A stretch of 64,000 bases of DNA from Tubiluchus corallicola (lineage: Eukaryota > Animalia > Priapulida), in contig JAQGDQ010000789.1 of NCBI GenBank assembly GCA_030141605.1, forward strand, positions 1-64,000. The letters run 5' to 3'. Numbering within the stretch: the first letter of the stretch is position 1; each line of letters opens with the position of its first letter. The notes under the pieces were generated by a model that was not told where the DNA came from, did not search any database, and worked only from the letters and a program-made list of their open reading frames with translations. Shown here piece by piece: positions 12,301 to 24,482 of the stretch. Both the position numbers and the translations under genes were made by a program.

Positions 12301-15300
12301 AAGTGGCAAAGGAGTCAGAAAAGCCTCAGTACACGAAGAAAGCTTTTGACTACGAATTGTCTCGATCATTCCACAACTACATGGTTAAGGTATGGTCTTT
12401 CTTGCATCCGATTTCTGTTAGTAAAATTGTTAATGAAAATTAAAATTCTCATCACTGGGAGAGCAGGCTACTGTGATACTGCGATCTAAGCATCAAATTT
12501 TATTGATTTTGCTCAAGCATTGATGGGTAATGAATGATAATCGCGTTATTAATTTTCTCTGCTGCTAACCCGACTAGTTTTTTATGATATGTACAGATAT
12601 ATCATTTATCCTATTAATTTTTTGCAAATTATATTTTTCTATGTAAGCAGTTCTTCTTTTCTTGAGGTTTAGTTACAAGAGCATTAAAACTGAAATGCTG
12701 CTTTTTATTAAAAAGTAATGGTATGAATATTTTTGTGCTGTAGGATCTGTTGCAAGATTTTCAAGCAACAGTTCTGCAAATCTCAGACCAGCCATATGAC
12801 CAGTCGTAAGTATCACTGATTGATTGATCACAAGTTCGTTCGATGCGTATTGTAGTGTAGTATTGTAACGTAGTATTTGTAGCATCTATTTTTAGAAAGT
12901 TTTGAACTGCTCATGCAAATCCTCTCCCTATCAAAAACAAAGGCTTCCTGTGTCAGATAATGCAGTACAGTTCTTATAGACTGGAAATAGATTCCTGAAA
13001 TGCAAAAAAGCTTGATTTTAGTGGATGTCAACTTGAGAATTTAAGAATTTGTCAACTTTAGTTCTTTCCCATGTATTAACTGCACAGATGACTTACATGC
13101 TAGAGAGCTTAACTATGAACTACGGCAATAAAACCAATCATCTTAGCCGCACAGTTTATTCATACATTTTATCAAAACTAAAACAACGTGATTTTGGGTA
13201 CAAAAACTTTGATAAACTTATCCAGAAAACATTGGCGTTAACATCATTGAAAAGTACGAGTGTCCCTTCAGTGTTATACTACGCATTCTTGCTGTTATTT
13301 CAATCATCTTCATTACTATTACTGTTCCTGACAGTTTCTTAACTAGATGGTTTTTAGGGTTTTTTAAACAAAATATTACATGAATAAAAATGATTTCAAA
13401 TAAGTAGGATGTAACACAATTCTTTTTTCGGAATATTTTATTGCAGACGTATGTTAATTCAAACTTTGAAACTTTTTTCCACTATAGAACTGCTGAGTCA
13501 ATGCCAACTGTCCATTATGAATTTCCCACTGGTTATAACCTAGACTTTGGAGAAGAGAGATTTTCTATCCCCGAAGCTTTGTTTGATCCAACTGTTATAA
13601 AGGTAAAGCGATTTTCAAATATTCTAAATGCGTTAAAATATTGATCTATGTATTAATACATGTTAATTAATAAACCTAGTGGCTTACGAGTTTGAGAAAA
13701 AAGCAGAGACTTTACACCTCAGTTAAGTGAATTTCTGATTTTAGGGGGCACCAGGAAGCACAATGATGGGATGCAGTCACACAGTAACGACAAGTATAGG
13801 AATGTGTGATCAGGATTTACGCATGAATTTGTATGGCAGCGTCATCGTTACAGGTGGTAACTCACTGCTCAACGGTTTCACTGACCGACTCAACCATGAT
13901 CTCACAACTAAGTCACTCACGGTAGGAGTTTTACAGAATGGCTCAGAAAAACAAAGCAGTAGAAGTAATTATGCTGATATTCTGAAATATGCTGATTTTG
14001 ATCACTACATACGTACTGTGGAATAGTGTTACATTGTACAGTAAGACATTATACTTCTACAAGAACTACTGCAAGTGTTCGCCACTAACTTGTGAATACG
14101 AACAGAAGTAATGTTGCGTGTTATAAAAAGTACACTCACTTTCATCAAGTTGGATGCTTTGAATAACATGTGTTATTTTGTCTAATATGAAATTTTATGC
14201 AAAATAAACCCGTTCTGCATTATAATATCATAATGACTTAAAAATAATATTATATTTGCATAACTCCAGTTCTTCTATGTAACTTGATTTTTGTATATTG
14301 CAGTCTGTATATCAGCATTATTTGTACTGCACTTTTTCTTCTGGAACACCCTGTATTTGCGTTCATTTGCAAAGTTGAACTAGGGATGGGATCATTCAAA
14401 GTTCAGATATACCATACCTATATAAACAGAATCCAGTTAACTCCTAACAATATTTGGAGCAGCAGTTGACTACAAGTAGTTTTGAAAAATAAACTATTTT
14501 TTCTGAGTTAGTCTGCACATATAAATGTTAGCAACATGTGTAAATGCATAAAAGTTTCTAATTCTCTTTTTTATGATTCTAAGGAGTCTTAAAAATCTTG
14601 AAAAATTATAGAAAATAGAGTACTTGTCAGATAGAATAAGCAAATAAACACATTTCTATTGGGTGAAAAGTGTTTTAACTTAGTTATTTTTGGGCATTTG
14701 TTTTATTCATTTTACTCTGGATTTGCATTAAGCTCTGCAATGAAAGTCACAAAACTTCTGTGAAATTTTCATTTCTGTGACAGTGAAATGTTTCTTTTAG
14801 AACATGAGAGTTAAACTAATCTATCCAAATGGCTCAGCTGAAAGAAGATTCAGTTCGTGGATAGGTGGTTCAATCCTGGCATCATTGGTATGTACCTTAT
14901 GTACTTTACTGTGACATGCTTTAAAGTTTACCACTATTGCATTAATCACCGCTTAGCAGTTTTACACAACTGGGAATAGCAGATAATGCTATATAAGCCC
15001 ATTTAAATTTGAAAGAAGCATTTGTCTTACATGGCCATTAAACACAAGTTCTGCCACCACTGACACATCATGAACATTTTATGCAAACACTGTAGGTAAT
15101 TTATATCCGAATTAAGATATGAGCATGAAGACTTGTTTTGCAAATTAAATTTTTAATGACAAGAATAAGCACAACTAATAAGAGATCCCACAATTAAGAA
15201 AAAAGAAGAAAAACGGCATTTCAAACCATCACTGTGGTTTGTTATCAGGTAAGAGGTTATAAGGAAAAAAATCGCAAAATTACTAAATGCTATTTGGGGT

Positions 15301-15849
15301 GGTGGTATTTGTGTCAGTATTTCTATACAAATTTTATAATTTTTGCCCTTTTTTAATCTTTCGTCTGCTGATAAACTACAGCGGTGATTTGAATTTAGTG
15401 TTTCCTTTTTTTCTTAATTGTTAGATTTTTCAATAACAGTGAAGACTTGTGTTTACTGAGAAGTTTCCAATGTGTAAAGTAACTTATAAAGATATTAAAT
15501 AGTATTGCAATGGGTTATTGTTACAATAACAGTGAGCTGTGCGTTCAAGTGGTCATGCCGTTGGACATGTGTTATCTCTAATTCAAATTCTAATGTAAAT
15601 AGCTCTAATTCAAATCAGTTTTTTGGTCTTTTTTCCTTTTGCCAGAGTTTAATTTTGAAACTTAATAATTTTAGGTTCATTACATCATTAATTGATAATG
15701 ACGTAATTTAGATTATAGATTAGTGAAATTTAGATTAAAATAAATAATTAGTTAACCAATATTTTTAGGGTTCATTTCAACAAATGTGGATATCGAAACA
15801 AGAATATGAGGAAGGTGGAAAAACCTGTGTCGACAGGAAATGCCCGTGA
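6149..15849 (+). CDS. ACTL6: Actin-like protein 6 (BAF53/Arp4), subunit of BAF, INO80 and NuA4; about 430 aa
   Basis: Coding exons: 6149-6173, 6801-6877, 7307-7484, 9050-9248, 10155-10249, 10854-10960, 12300-12389, 12744-12805, 13488-13602, 13745-13921, 14801-14887, 15769-15849. Total 1293 nt with consistent phases and GT-AG boundaries. Protein reads [20 protein letters not shown]...[19 protein letters not shown]...[42 protein letters not shown]. Confidence 0.96.
7675..8235. repeat. Dispersed ~550 bp repeat (probably a non-autonomous TE), with an inverted copy at 29168-29717
   Basis: ctagcatcaaattagcaagaaaatgttcaaagaatactaaaaatt (~7808) matches the reverse complement of aatttttagtatttttttaacgttttcttgataatttgatgctag (~29520). 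Both ends also align. Confidence 0.85.
8460..8590. repeat. Short tandem duplication (about 70 bp x2)
   Basis: aggcattgagatact...taatataattagtcgctgttctgaactatgc versus aggcactgagatact...taatataatgagcaattgttctgaacaatgc. Confidence 0.75.
9249..10154 (+). other. Probable U12-type (minor spliceosome) GT-AG intron, ACTL6 intron 4
   Basis: The donor is GTATCTAC. A branch-point-like TCCTTAAT lies at 10135-10142, about 13 nt before the AG at 10153-10154, and there is no polypyrimidine tract. Confidence 0.65.
10986..11407. repeat. Intronic tandem duplication (about 205-217 bp x2)
   Basis: Both units start ctgtttttggaa and end tatacattgttatttattgctagattttatt(a/g)ttaaactgatagtcttt. Confidence 0.9.
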
Positions 15850-17109
15850 GCCACTGTGTTCCCAAAATTTCTCTCCTTTTATGGACTACTTTATTTGAAC
15901 AGAACTGACTTCCAATGAATGTAAAAATTTTAGAAACTTGAAGATCTGTCACGTGTGAGCCAACTATGGATATAGTCACCAGATTTAGCTTTTTGTATCA
16001 TGTATCTTCATGTATGTGTCAGATGTGTGTCAAAACTGCTCTGTGTGTCAGATTAATTACCTGGCTTTTCTTCAGATGTTTTGTCTTATTTATAATTGAA
16101 TTATTTGTTACGAAAAGGCACAAATGTTTCTTTTTGCCTAAGAAAAGCATTTTACACACAGTCTCTGGCATTGGAAAGAAGTTTTTGTCCTCCTCACACA
16201 AGGCCATTAATGGATAAAATACAATCAGATTGCAATAAATTTTCACAAAATTTGATTTAAATGCACAACAACAATTTGCAACTTACTGCAAATATCTTGT
16301 ATTTTTCAGTAGTACAAAAATATACCATTCATCATGTATTTTGTGTAACATCTGAAAACTTGCATTATTTTTGCAGGTCTTTGTCACATCATAATTTGTA
16401 ACCTGAAGACAGATTTTCTTGAAATTTCTCTAATGATAATGAACAATGATTATTATCAATATACGTAGACTTAAGAAATTCTTGTAAATATATCTCTGAG
16501 CATTAAAAAATATACTGACACATACCTTATAAAATGGAAGAATTTCACATTAAAATATGTAAATGTAACAATTCTATGAAAATCACCAGCAGTTTAACAC
16601 TAAGCATTGGCACTAATTCTGAAGGAAACAGAAGCCACTAAAAAAACTTCCACAGCCAAGCACCAGTTGCATTCAAAATCTGAAGATATGATATAAATAA
16701 AAGTTTTCGCAATTATTTCACACGGATCAATAAACACCTGAGTATTTAATTAATTAAGTCCTGGTACTTGAATATTCAGCTACATGGTGCATGATTATTG
16801 TAGATATCCCAACACAAATCTACATTTTTTATATGCACATGCTACTTGACTTGTTCCACTGGGGTGGCCAAGATTCCATTCAAGTGATCACAGTAAAACA
16901 CAGATTACACATGCACACGATCATGTATAGGACCCCACCATGACTTAAATTTTGGTAAGAGGTAACATGACTTAACCAATAATTGTTTTTCAAGAGTTTA
17001 CAATATAAGCCTATAGTATTTTTAATAGTCAATGGTATGTATGCTGCAGTGACACAACCTATGGATACTATCATCATCACCCTTGATTTATTCAGCAAAA
17101 TCAAGACAG

Positions 17110-20100
17110 TCACTTATTTAGTGAAATAAGAGTCACTGCCAGTAATACAGTTAAAACAATCATGAATGATGATGAAAATTTAATGGCTCCTATAGAATGA
17201 AGGCACCTTTCCATTCTGTTTAAATCTAGCTCTTTGATGGCACATACATGCGCAGCATGGCACTCAGCATTGCACTGCTCATTGACGTCATAACTGACAG
17301 AGTTGTAGATCAAGTATTTACGAAATTCCGGAGAAGCGTTAGAAACGTCGTCACCGTAGGAGTTAACCTCTCCAAACTTTGTGAGCAGTTGGTGTAGAGA
17401 AGATGTACTGATATCTGGGATACCTGAAACAGCATCAGCATTTACAGAAATTGTAATAGATAACAGTAAGCAGTAAATCCCAACCGATTCTGATTAACTA
17501 ATCAAACCTCTTTCTCATAGTCATAACTTTTGCACTCTCAGGGGTAGATCTTTCCAAGTTCATCTACAAATCCACTTACTAGCGAATGACTCTAATTAAT
17601 TCAACAAGGTTTTTAGAACACAGGAATATCAAAGTACAGGAATTGCCTTTGTCCTTGTAAGTAAGCTTATAAGTACCTTAGTTTTCCAGTTCTTGACAGT
17701 TTGTATGGAGTAAAAAAAGATATAATTAAATAATGATGGTAATATGATACTCTTATTTAGTGAAAATTTATCCGTGCGTGAGTACACATATGTGTAATGT
17801 CAGCAAAAACATAAAATAAAGTTAATGATTGCAAATCTTGTTTCCATATCTTGCAGTTGGAACACATTTCAAATTTAACTTATATCACTGCATTTAAGAG
17901 GTGAGAATTGAATGTGATCTAAAGCATCTAATGTGAATTGACAACGATTTAACAAGACTTATAGTCATCTCCTTTCATCAAATCTCCTCATACTTAGAAC
18001 CAAAGAAAATGCAATCAATTAAAATAATTAATGCTGTATGGCTTAATACATACGAGTTAAGACAAAATCCGAGATTCACTTTAAACGGATCAAGACTATT
18101 TTTTTATCGATTAAGCCTACAAGATTAATACACACAAAAATAGAAAGAAACAAAGATGCACAGTAAAAGTTGCTCAACAAACCATAGATACGTAACACAT
18201 GTAAGAAAGCAAGCAGATACACATAAAGAGATGAAAATAATGAATCTTACAACTTTCTTCCCTGCTCTGTCTCTCTCTACCTCCCTCCCTCTCTCCCTCC
18301 CTCTCTCTCTCCCTCTCCCTTTACAAATTCAAAGTCATAAATAAGATCGTTGATAACTCCAGCATAAGCTCACGCATAAATCAGAAAATCAACAACAAAT
18401 TATCCACAAGGCAAACACAGCACTAGTTACAAACAAACAGCATCATAACTAACCTGACACCTAACTTTACAAAAACATGCAGCAACATACTATAAACAAT
18501 ACACAGTACAAAAAGGCACGTCAACAAGAACTTGCCATAATCTTTTACTGCTTCATACTCTTTGTCCCAAAGAGCCACACCAAGATCGTTTGCCAAGGTT
18601 AAGTTCAGAAAGTACTGCCAGTAGTCTAATAAGGCAAAAGTTTCCCTGTCATATTTAAAAAGGCGGATACCGGGATTATTCGCAGCTGAACCAATGACTC
18701 CCGGATACGTGGTTTCCCAAGGGGTGATAGAAGGTGCCAGAAACATGGAGGCCACAGCAGTGTTGCCATCTATGAAACAAAACCAAAAAATGTAATCCAA
18801 CGCTCATCTTTAATTATCACATCTTACCATAGGCATCGACTGCATTGTATTCCAGTTCCCAAACGGCCCTATTAACTTTGTTAGCTTGCGTTAAATTTAA
18901 AAAATATTGCGAATAATCTAACAGCTTCATAGTATTCTTGTCATATTTATTAAGTCGAATGGCAGGATCATGTGCAGCAGAGCCAATCACTTTGTAGGGG
19001 TTTTTCCACGGTGTAATAGATGGTGCCAAAAACATCGTAGCTACTGGTGTGCCACCTAACAAACAATTAGTAAAACGTATTACAGTTATGTTAGAAATGT
19101 TGAAGAAAATTCTGTTACATAAAGCTTCCATAAAACTGTTAGTCTGTTATGCAGAAATAAAATTACTTGAGTATTTTCATTCTTGCACATACATACTTAG
19201 TGGTATTGTAACATCAGCTTACTGTCCAATAATACGGCAATACATTCAACTTTGTTTAAGCCATAAGATATAAGCAAACGAAGAAACTGCTATCAATTAA
19301 ATTTTGGTACCAGCTGTTTGATGTGAACTAACAGTAAATTGCGGTTAAGTGATCTGCCTGGCAAGGATTTGACTTCATTATTATAAGAACCATAAAAGAA
19401 AAAATGTCTTAATTATAAGTACAATGATAAATGTACATAATGACGTAATGACAAATGTATCAAGTAACCTTCCCGAAAATGACATACAAACACATCACTA
19501 TCGAACTAATCTAAAACACAATTTACACTCACCCGGCTGGTCTGCAAAGATTCTAAACGAATCAGTATGATGATGGGCCATAAAGATTCCTGTGACTGTT
19601 CCAGCATGCTTCCGAACTAATCGCAGGAACTCTTTATTATGCTCAGGATACATCCAGTACGCCTCTGGCTGCTTCTCAAATCTACCGGGAGGCAAATGAG
19701 ATATCACCAAAACCTAAGAAGTGAACAAGACAGTTAGCATCAATATTAATAAGACATAACAGGTTATCTATACCACATGTCGGTGACTGCAAGTATTAAG
19801 GCACAGCTGCAAGCAAGTAAAGAGCTGACATCATATTTATAGCCCCCCCCCCCAAAAAAACAAGATAATCAAATCATTAAAATAAGGAAGGAATGCCATA
19901 CGTTTCAAAAAAAATCTCTGACTAGTTCATCATGCTAAGTATTGGTCGATGTGCAAGGGTAACAATCTCATTACTTTGCACAGAGTTAAACCACACACCT
20001 GCCAAGACATTTATAAGATTAAATGACTTTTTTGATTGATACATCGAGAAGCTATTTGAAAACAAGTGTCGACTTCTTGGTGTCCAACTATGCACACTAG

Positions 20101-23100
20101 CTGGCGTCCAGCCCGGCATTGACCAAACAGCAAGTTTGACATGAAGAAGTTGACCTAGTGTCAGCAGCTTTTCAATGTATAAGTTAAAAAAGCACTTTAA
20201 TTTTGTGTCTCCTGGCAGGCCCATGCTTTAACTCTGTGCAAAATAAAGAGACTGTTAGACTGCTTATCGACCAACACTTTGCAACTGTGTCTGAAGGCTG
20301 CCATTTTAGCTTAACAGTAGAATGCTGTTTTTGCCTAACAAAATGGCACACACTGTTTGTCCAATGGCAAACAGCCATTTTTTGTAAAACATCATGACAC
20401 TCGCTGTAGCTTCACAATTTATGCAAGTCTAACAATCTAATACTTACGGCATTTAAGTTTATGGTGTGAAAGTAAAAAATTTTCTTCACAACTTTCTAGT
20501 CTCTAGTATCAACTTCACAGTACAAACACTACTATGACATGCACACAGTACCACAACAATTACATAAGTAACAAAACCGAGCATAATACTTCAATTGTTG
20601 CCAAATGATTTTAACACCATTTTGTAAAGTCTACCATCAACACTTACCTTTTCCTCATTCTTAGTGGCTGATGTCATAACTGCATCAAACCAAGCAAACT
20701 GATCACCTGGATCAGCTTCTCCACTCACAACTTCATTTCTCTCGTAATTCAGATTAGTATTGAGTACAACAGCTCGAAGTCCTTCATCAATAGCTAATGT
20801 ATAATAACCACCTATTTTTTTAATGTAAACAAAATTTGTAAGGCACAGGAGCAATATCTCTTGAAGATGCATTAAATATTATAGCTGTAGAGTATATGCA
20901 GGTTACAATAGATAATGAGAGTGCAGCTATAACACGTGACCGTTAAACAGCTAAGGCCAGGTAGTATGATGCCCTAGGTAGAAGTATTTTTAGTGCCCCA
21001 TCCTCAATGGTCAACTCTTTACACAGAGTCCCAACCATACCCCCAAAATAGAGTTTTTTGCACAATATTATAATAGAATATAACGGTACCTGTGTGTGCG
21101 TGCGTGCGTGCATGCATGTAATCACTAATTAAGTGTGTGTACTTACTGCAGCTGGCATCGATTTAATTTGAAATTGAATTTATGACCCCATTGTACATTC
21201 TAGGTCTTCAGGAGCAATCCAGTTTTTGCAATTTCTGGGAATTTTTATCAGAAAATTTTTGAAACCCTAACTCATTTTTTCACGTATACATCCATTTCAC
21301 TACCTTCATCATCTTCACAATTCTGGTCTGGTTGCATACACTTCAATAGAGATATTTTCAATAGATTTAGAGATAAAAATATCGTTTCATTTAACTAAAG
21401 CGTTGTGCACTTAAACAACAATTGCACATACATTATGTTATTAGGTATTCTAAACTTTAAAATTAAAGAATTAATTCCAGAATTTGGCATTACCCCAAAA
21501 TTTGGTGCCCTAGGCAACTGCCTAGTTAGCTTAGTGGTACAGCAGGCCCTGTAAATAACCAACATCTTTATAGTGCCTCTTAGAAATTTATCATGGATTC
21601 CAAGTTTTCTATGAATTCAGGAGAAACAGCGGAGAATCACACAGCAGCAACAGCCTCCATGGTGCAATATTCATTGCTACTCATGCCCCAACTGTGGGTT
21701 TATGAGCTCTGCGTAATTAGCTTACTAATTAGCTCTATCATTCTCCTTTGTGAGCATATATCAGGAATCGTATTTGACATAACATTTCTCCCATTAATTT
21801 GCTGTGTTTTGGCCAGGCATTTTATGCCTATTCAAACGAAGTGTAGTTACAAATTATACAAAATAAGAAATATATATCAACTACCTGTTCCATAATTGTG
21901 ATTAATCATGTAAAGAAATGTAGACAGCTTTAAACATATAAATTCTTAGGATAGCGCCCAGACAATAAACACTATTTTTGCCAATTATAAACGTTTTTTG
22001 TACATATTACCATTTCAACAATATTTGCACATGTGTGTTATTTCCTAATTTTTTTAAGCAATCTTTTAATTAAGAGAGCGCTTAGATGGTGATCAGTAGA
22101 GTGACATTTGAATGATTTATAATGAACCTAGGCAACTTCGAGTCGGTTTTACTGTGCAATGATTGTCATATTTCATATGATTATTAATTAGAACTTGTAA
22201 GAAACTTTTACATTACATATAATAAAAGTTATAGAATTTAATTATACAAATTAAAGTTATATAATTTATTAGCCTAGTTTTTCACCATTTCTTAGGTCTT
22301 TCTTAGTGCAAACAGTGATTTGTCACAAGTTGTAAGAACCTGTTACATTATGTACAAAAAAGCTATACAGGCTATAAGTGTGCCAGAATTTTTCTTCTAA
22401 TGTTTAGAGGTTGTAAGAAGTTTTTACATCACTTACGAAAAGAAAAATTACAGTTACATAATTTAATAATTTCATTTTATACCTTTTCGAAAAGTTTGTT
22501 CTGCCTCAGCATCATTCATCCACACTCTCCATTTATCAGCGACAGCATCGTAAATCTCATTCTCGTTGCCGGGCAGCTGATTTTTGGGATGATAATCATG
22601 GTTTCCAAGAGCAGCATACACTGTTGTCTCGGGAAAGACCTCCATAAGTAAATCAGTCAAGTCATGGATAATTTTGATGACTTTCTCTGTACTCAGTTTC
22701 TCATTGTCTACATGAGGAGTATCGTCCCTATTTGAAAAAAAAAACTGAGCAATTAAAAACCTAATCAGTAGAGCACAGTCATGGTTAAAAGTAAAACTTA
22801 AATTTCACTTTTGTAAATTTATATTAATATAGGTTTATAAGATTAAGGTTTTAATTAGTGCCCAAAGGAAATTAAGTTGTTTTGATTACAGCAAAAGGAC
22901 CTAATCAGTAGAGCACAGTCATAAGCAAAACTAAAATTTCGCTTCTTTCGCTTTTTTAAGACTAGATGAATTTTAAAGGTTTGTATTAGTACCTGAAAGA
23001 AATTAAGTTGTTTTCATTACTGCAAAATGACCAAACAAAAACAGAAATCACCACAAAACTAGACACAGTTAGACAATTTAGAGACAAGACAGAGCTAAAA

Positions 23101-24482
23101 TTTTATTAGTACCTGAAACCAAAAAACAAGTATAGTCAACATAACGAGTAAGGTTACCAAATAAAATATCCTGACTTTAAAACAGTGTTAGGCTGACTAT
23201 CGTTCATACACAACTATTAGCAACAAAACTGTTTCTACACCTGCTAGTCCTATCAAAAGATAAGGCACAAAATCTATGATTACTGCACATGAAAGCATAG
23301 TTTTGATGAAAAGGACGCACATGATTTCGCAACAATGTCTTTGATATTCTCAAAGGCAGCCCTATCATACAGGATATTGAGATTTTTTATTTCCAACAGT
23401 TAATAAATTTCTAATTAAGCAATACTTAGCAAAATACTTTTTTAATGATTGATTTATAGAAGATGTGCATTACATGTGCACGAACACTAAACCTCTTAAA
23501 TGAACAAAAAAGTGGTAACCAGGTCAGCGTGAAGTTAAAATCATAACTCATTAATGTTAATGTTAGTGTTAATGTAATCTTTCAAGGTATATCAAATAGA
23601 GAAGTTGATAATATATGACAGAAGATCTGAAAAACAACTGTCTTTTGCCCAGTGTTATTTCCACATATGAGGTGAGATCGTAATTCACAAATCCCTAATG
23701 CCGAGGGATTTTCTAAGAAATCGAAAATTTTGTTTTCTAGCAAGAAAGGCCGATTTATCAACTGTGTAATAAGTTACACAATCTGAAATAACTAGCAAAA
23801 GCTAAATGACTAAACTAAAGACTACTACTTTTCGGCTATCATTATTCCCGTCTAGCACTCTCAAATCTTACAGTACCTACAAATTTAATAAAAAACAACT
23901 TCATACAAGTAAATAAGTAAACTTAAGCCAATAGCAATAAGAACCACTTAAAAGTACCCCGTCCAAATGATGAAGTCTGGATTTGGCTCTATCAGTCTCA
24001 TCTGATAAATAGAATCATTAATCAGTTTCCATGGGGCGTCACACAGATAATCTCCGTACATTCCGAGTTCAGTACTGACATCATGGCAAGAATCGGCAAC
24101 TTCCCCTTCAGTATAGGTTGGATCATAGTGTAAGTCAGTAACATGCCAGAATGTACCTGAAAATCATATATGTGGATTTCGATTTCTTATACTGTACTAC
24201 TGCATTTTTACTTAGCATGCTTCTATTTTAAATGAGGCATTTCAAAACAAACACTACCAAAATTAATGGTACTTGACAGAAGCATACTTTTAAAAGCAAT
24301 ATTTGGGGTTATTCTGAAAAACTGTCATCATGCATGCAATCTTCAAAACAAAACAAAACAAATTTTAAAGATACCAAATTATTAGCAGTAAAATTACCTA
24401 TATTCGATGATCGAATAATTCTACAATCAATAGTCTTTATGATGTGCACGGACAGCAGAAAGGCAGTGAAAAGTTTGAACAT
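17110..24482 (-). CDS. SMPDL3: Acid sphingomyelinase-like phosphodiesterase 3 (SMPDL3B-like metallophosphoesterase), signal peptide plus hydrophobic GPI-type C-terminus; about 471-473 aa
   Basis: Coding exons (minus): 24482-24398, 24156-23958, 22727-22483, 20811-20648, 19713-19533, then 19055-18828 or 18769-18536, then 17423-17110. Motifs: FWHVTDLHYDP, WTGDD, LGNHDYHP, SHLPPG, AHHHTDSF, NNPGIRL. C-terminus is FMIVLTVLLAVTLISLNK*. Confidence 0.92.
18262..18322. repeat. CT-rich simple repeat
   Basis: ctctctctacctccctccctctctccctccctctctct. Confidence 0.85.
18536..18769 (-). CDS. SMPDL3 alternative exon 6b (234 nt, phase 1-1, GC donor)
   Basis: atag|AT GGC AAC ... GAT TAT G|gcaagt. Open frame DGNTAVASMFLAPSITPWETTYPGVIGSAANNPGIRLFKYD...EYEAVKDY. 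Confidence 0.85.
18828..19055 (-). CDS. SMPDL3 alternative exon 6a (228 nt, phase 1-1)
   Basis: ttag|GT GGC ACA ... GCC TAT G|gtaaga. Open frame GGTPVATMFLAPSITPWKNPYKVIGSAAHDPAIRLNKYD...EYNAVDAY. Confidence 0.85.
19940..20275. mobile_element. Foldback/MITE-like long imperfect palindrome (about 335 bp) in SMPDL3 intron 4
   Basis: Nested pairs: ggtcgat/atcgacc; ttgcacagagttaaa/tttaactctgtgcaa; cctgcca/tggcagg; atacatcgagaagct/agcttttcaatgtat; gtcgacttcttggtgtccaact/agtttgacatgaagaagttgac. Confidence 0.8.
21498..21551 (-). mobile_element. TE terminal fragment with a CAGGG end (hAT-like); homolog at 57632-57684
   Basis: aatttggtgccctaggcaactgcctagttagcttagtggtacagcaggccctg is close to the reverse complement of cagggctgaccctaccactagattaactagccagtcgcctagggcgccaaatt. 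Confidence 0.6.
22759..23120. repeat. Degenerate intronic tandem repeat (about 140 bp unit, 2-3 copies)
   Basis: acctaatcagtagagcacagtcat occurs at 22759 and 22899. gaaattaagttgtttt occurs twice. ttagtacctgaaa occurs at about 22987 and 23106. Confidence 0.75.
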
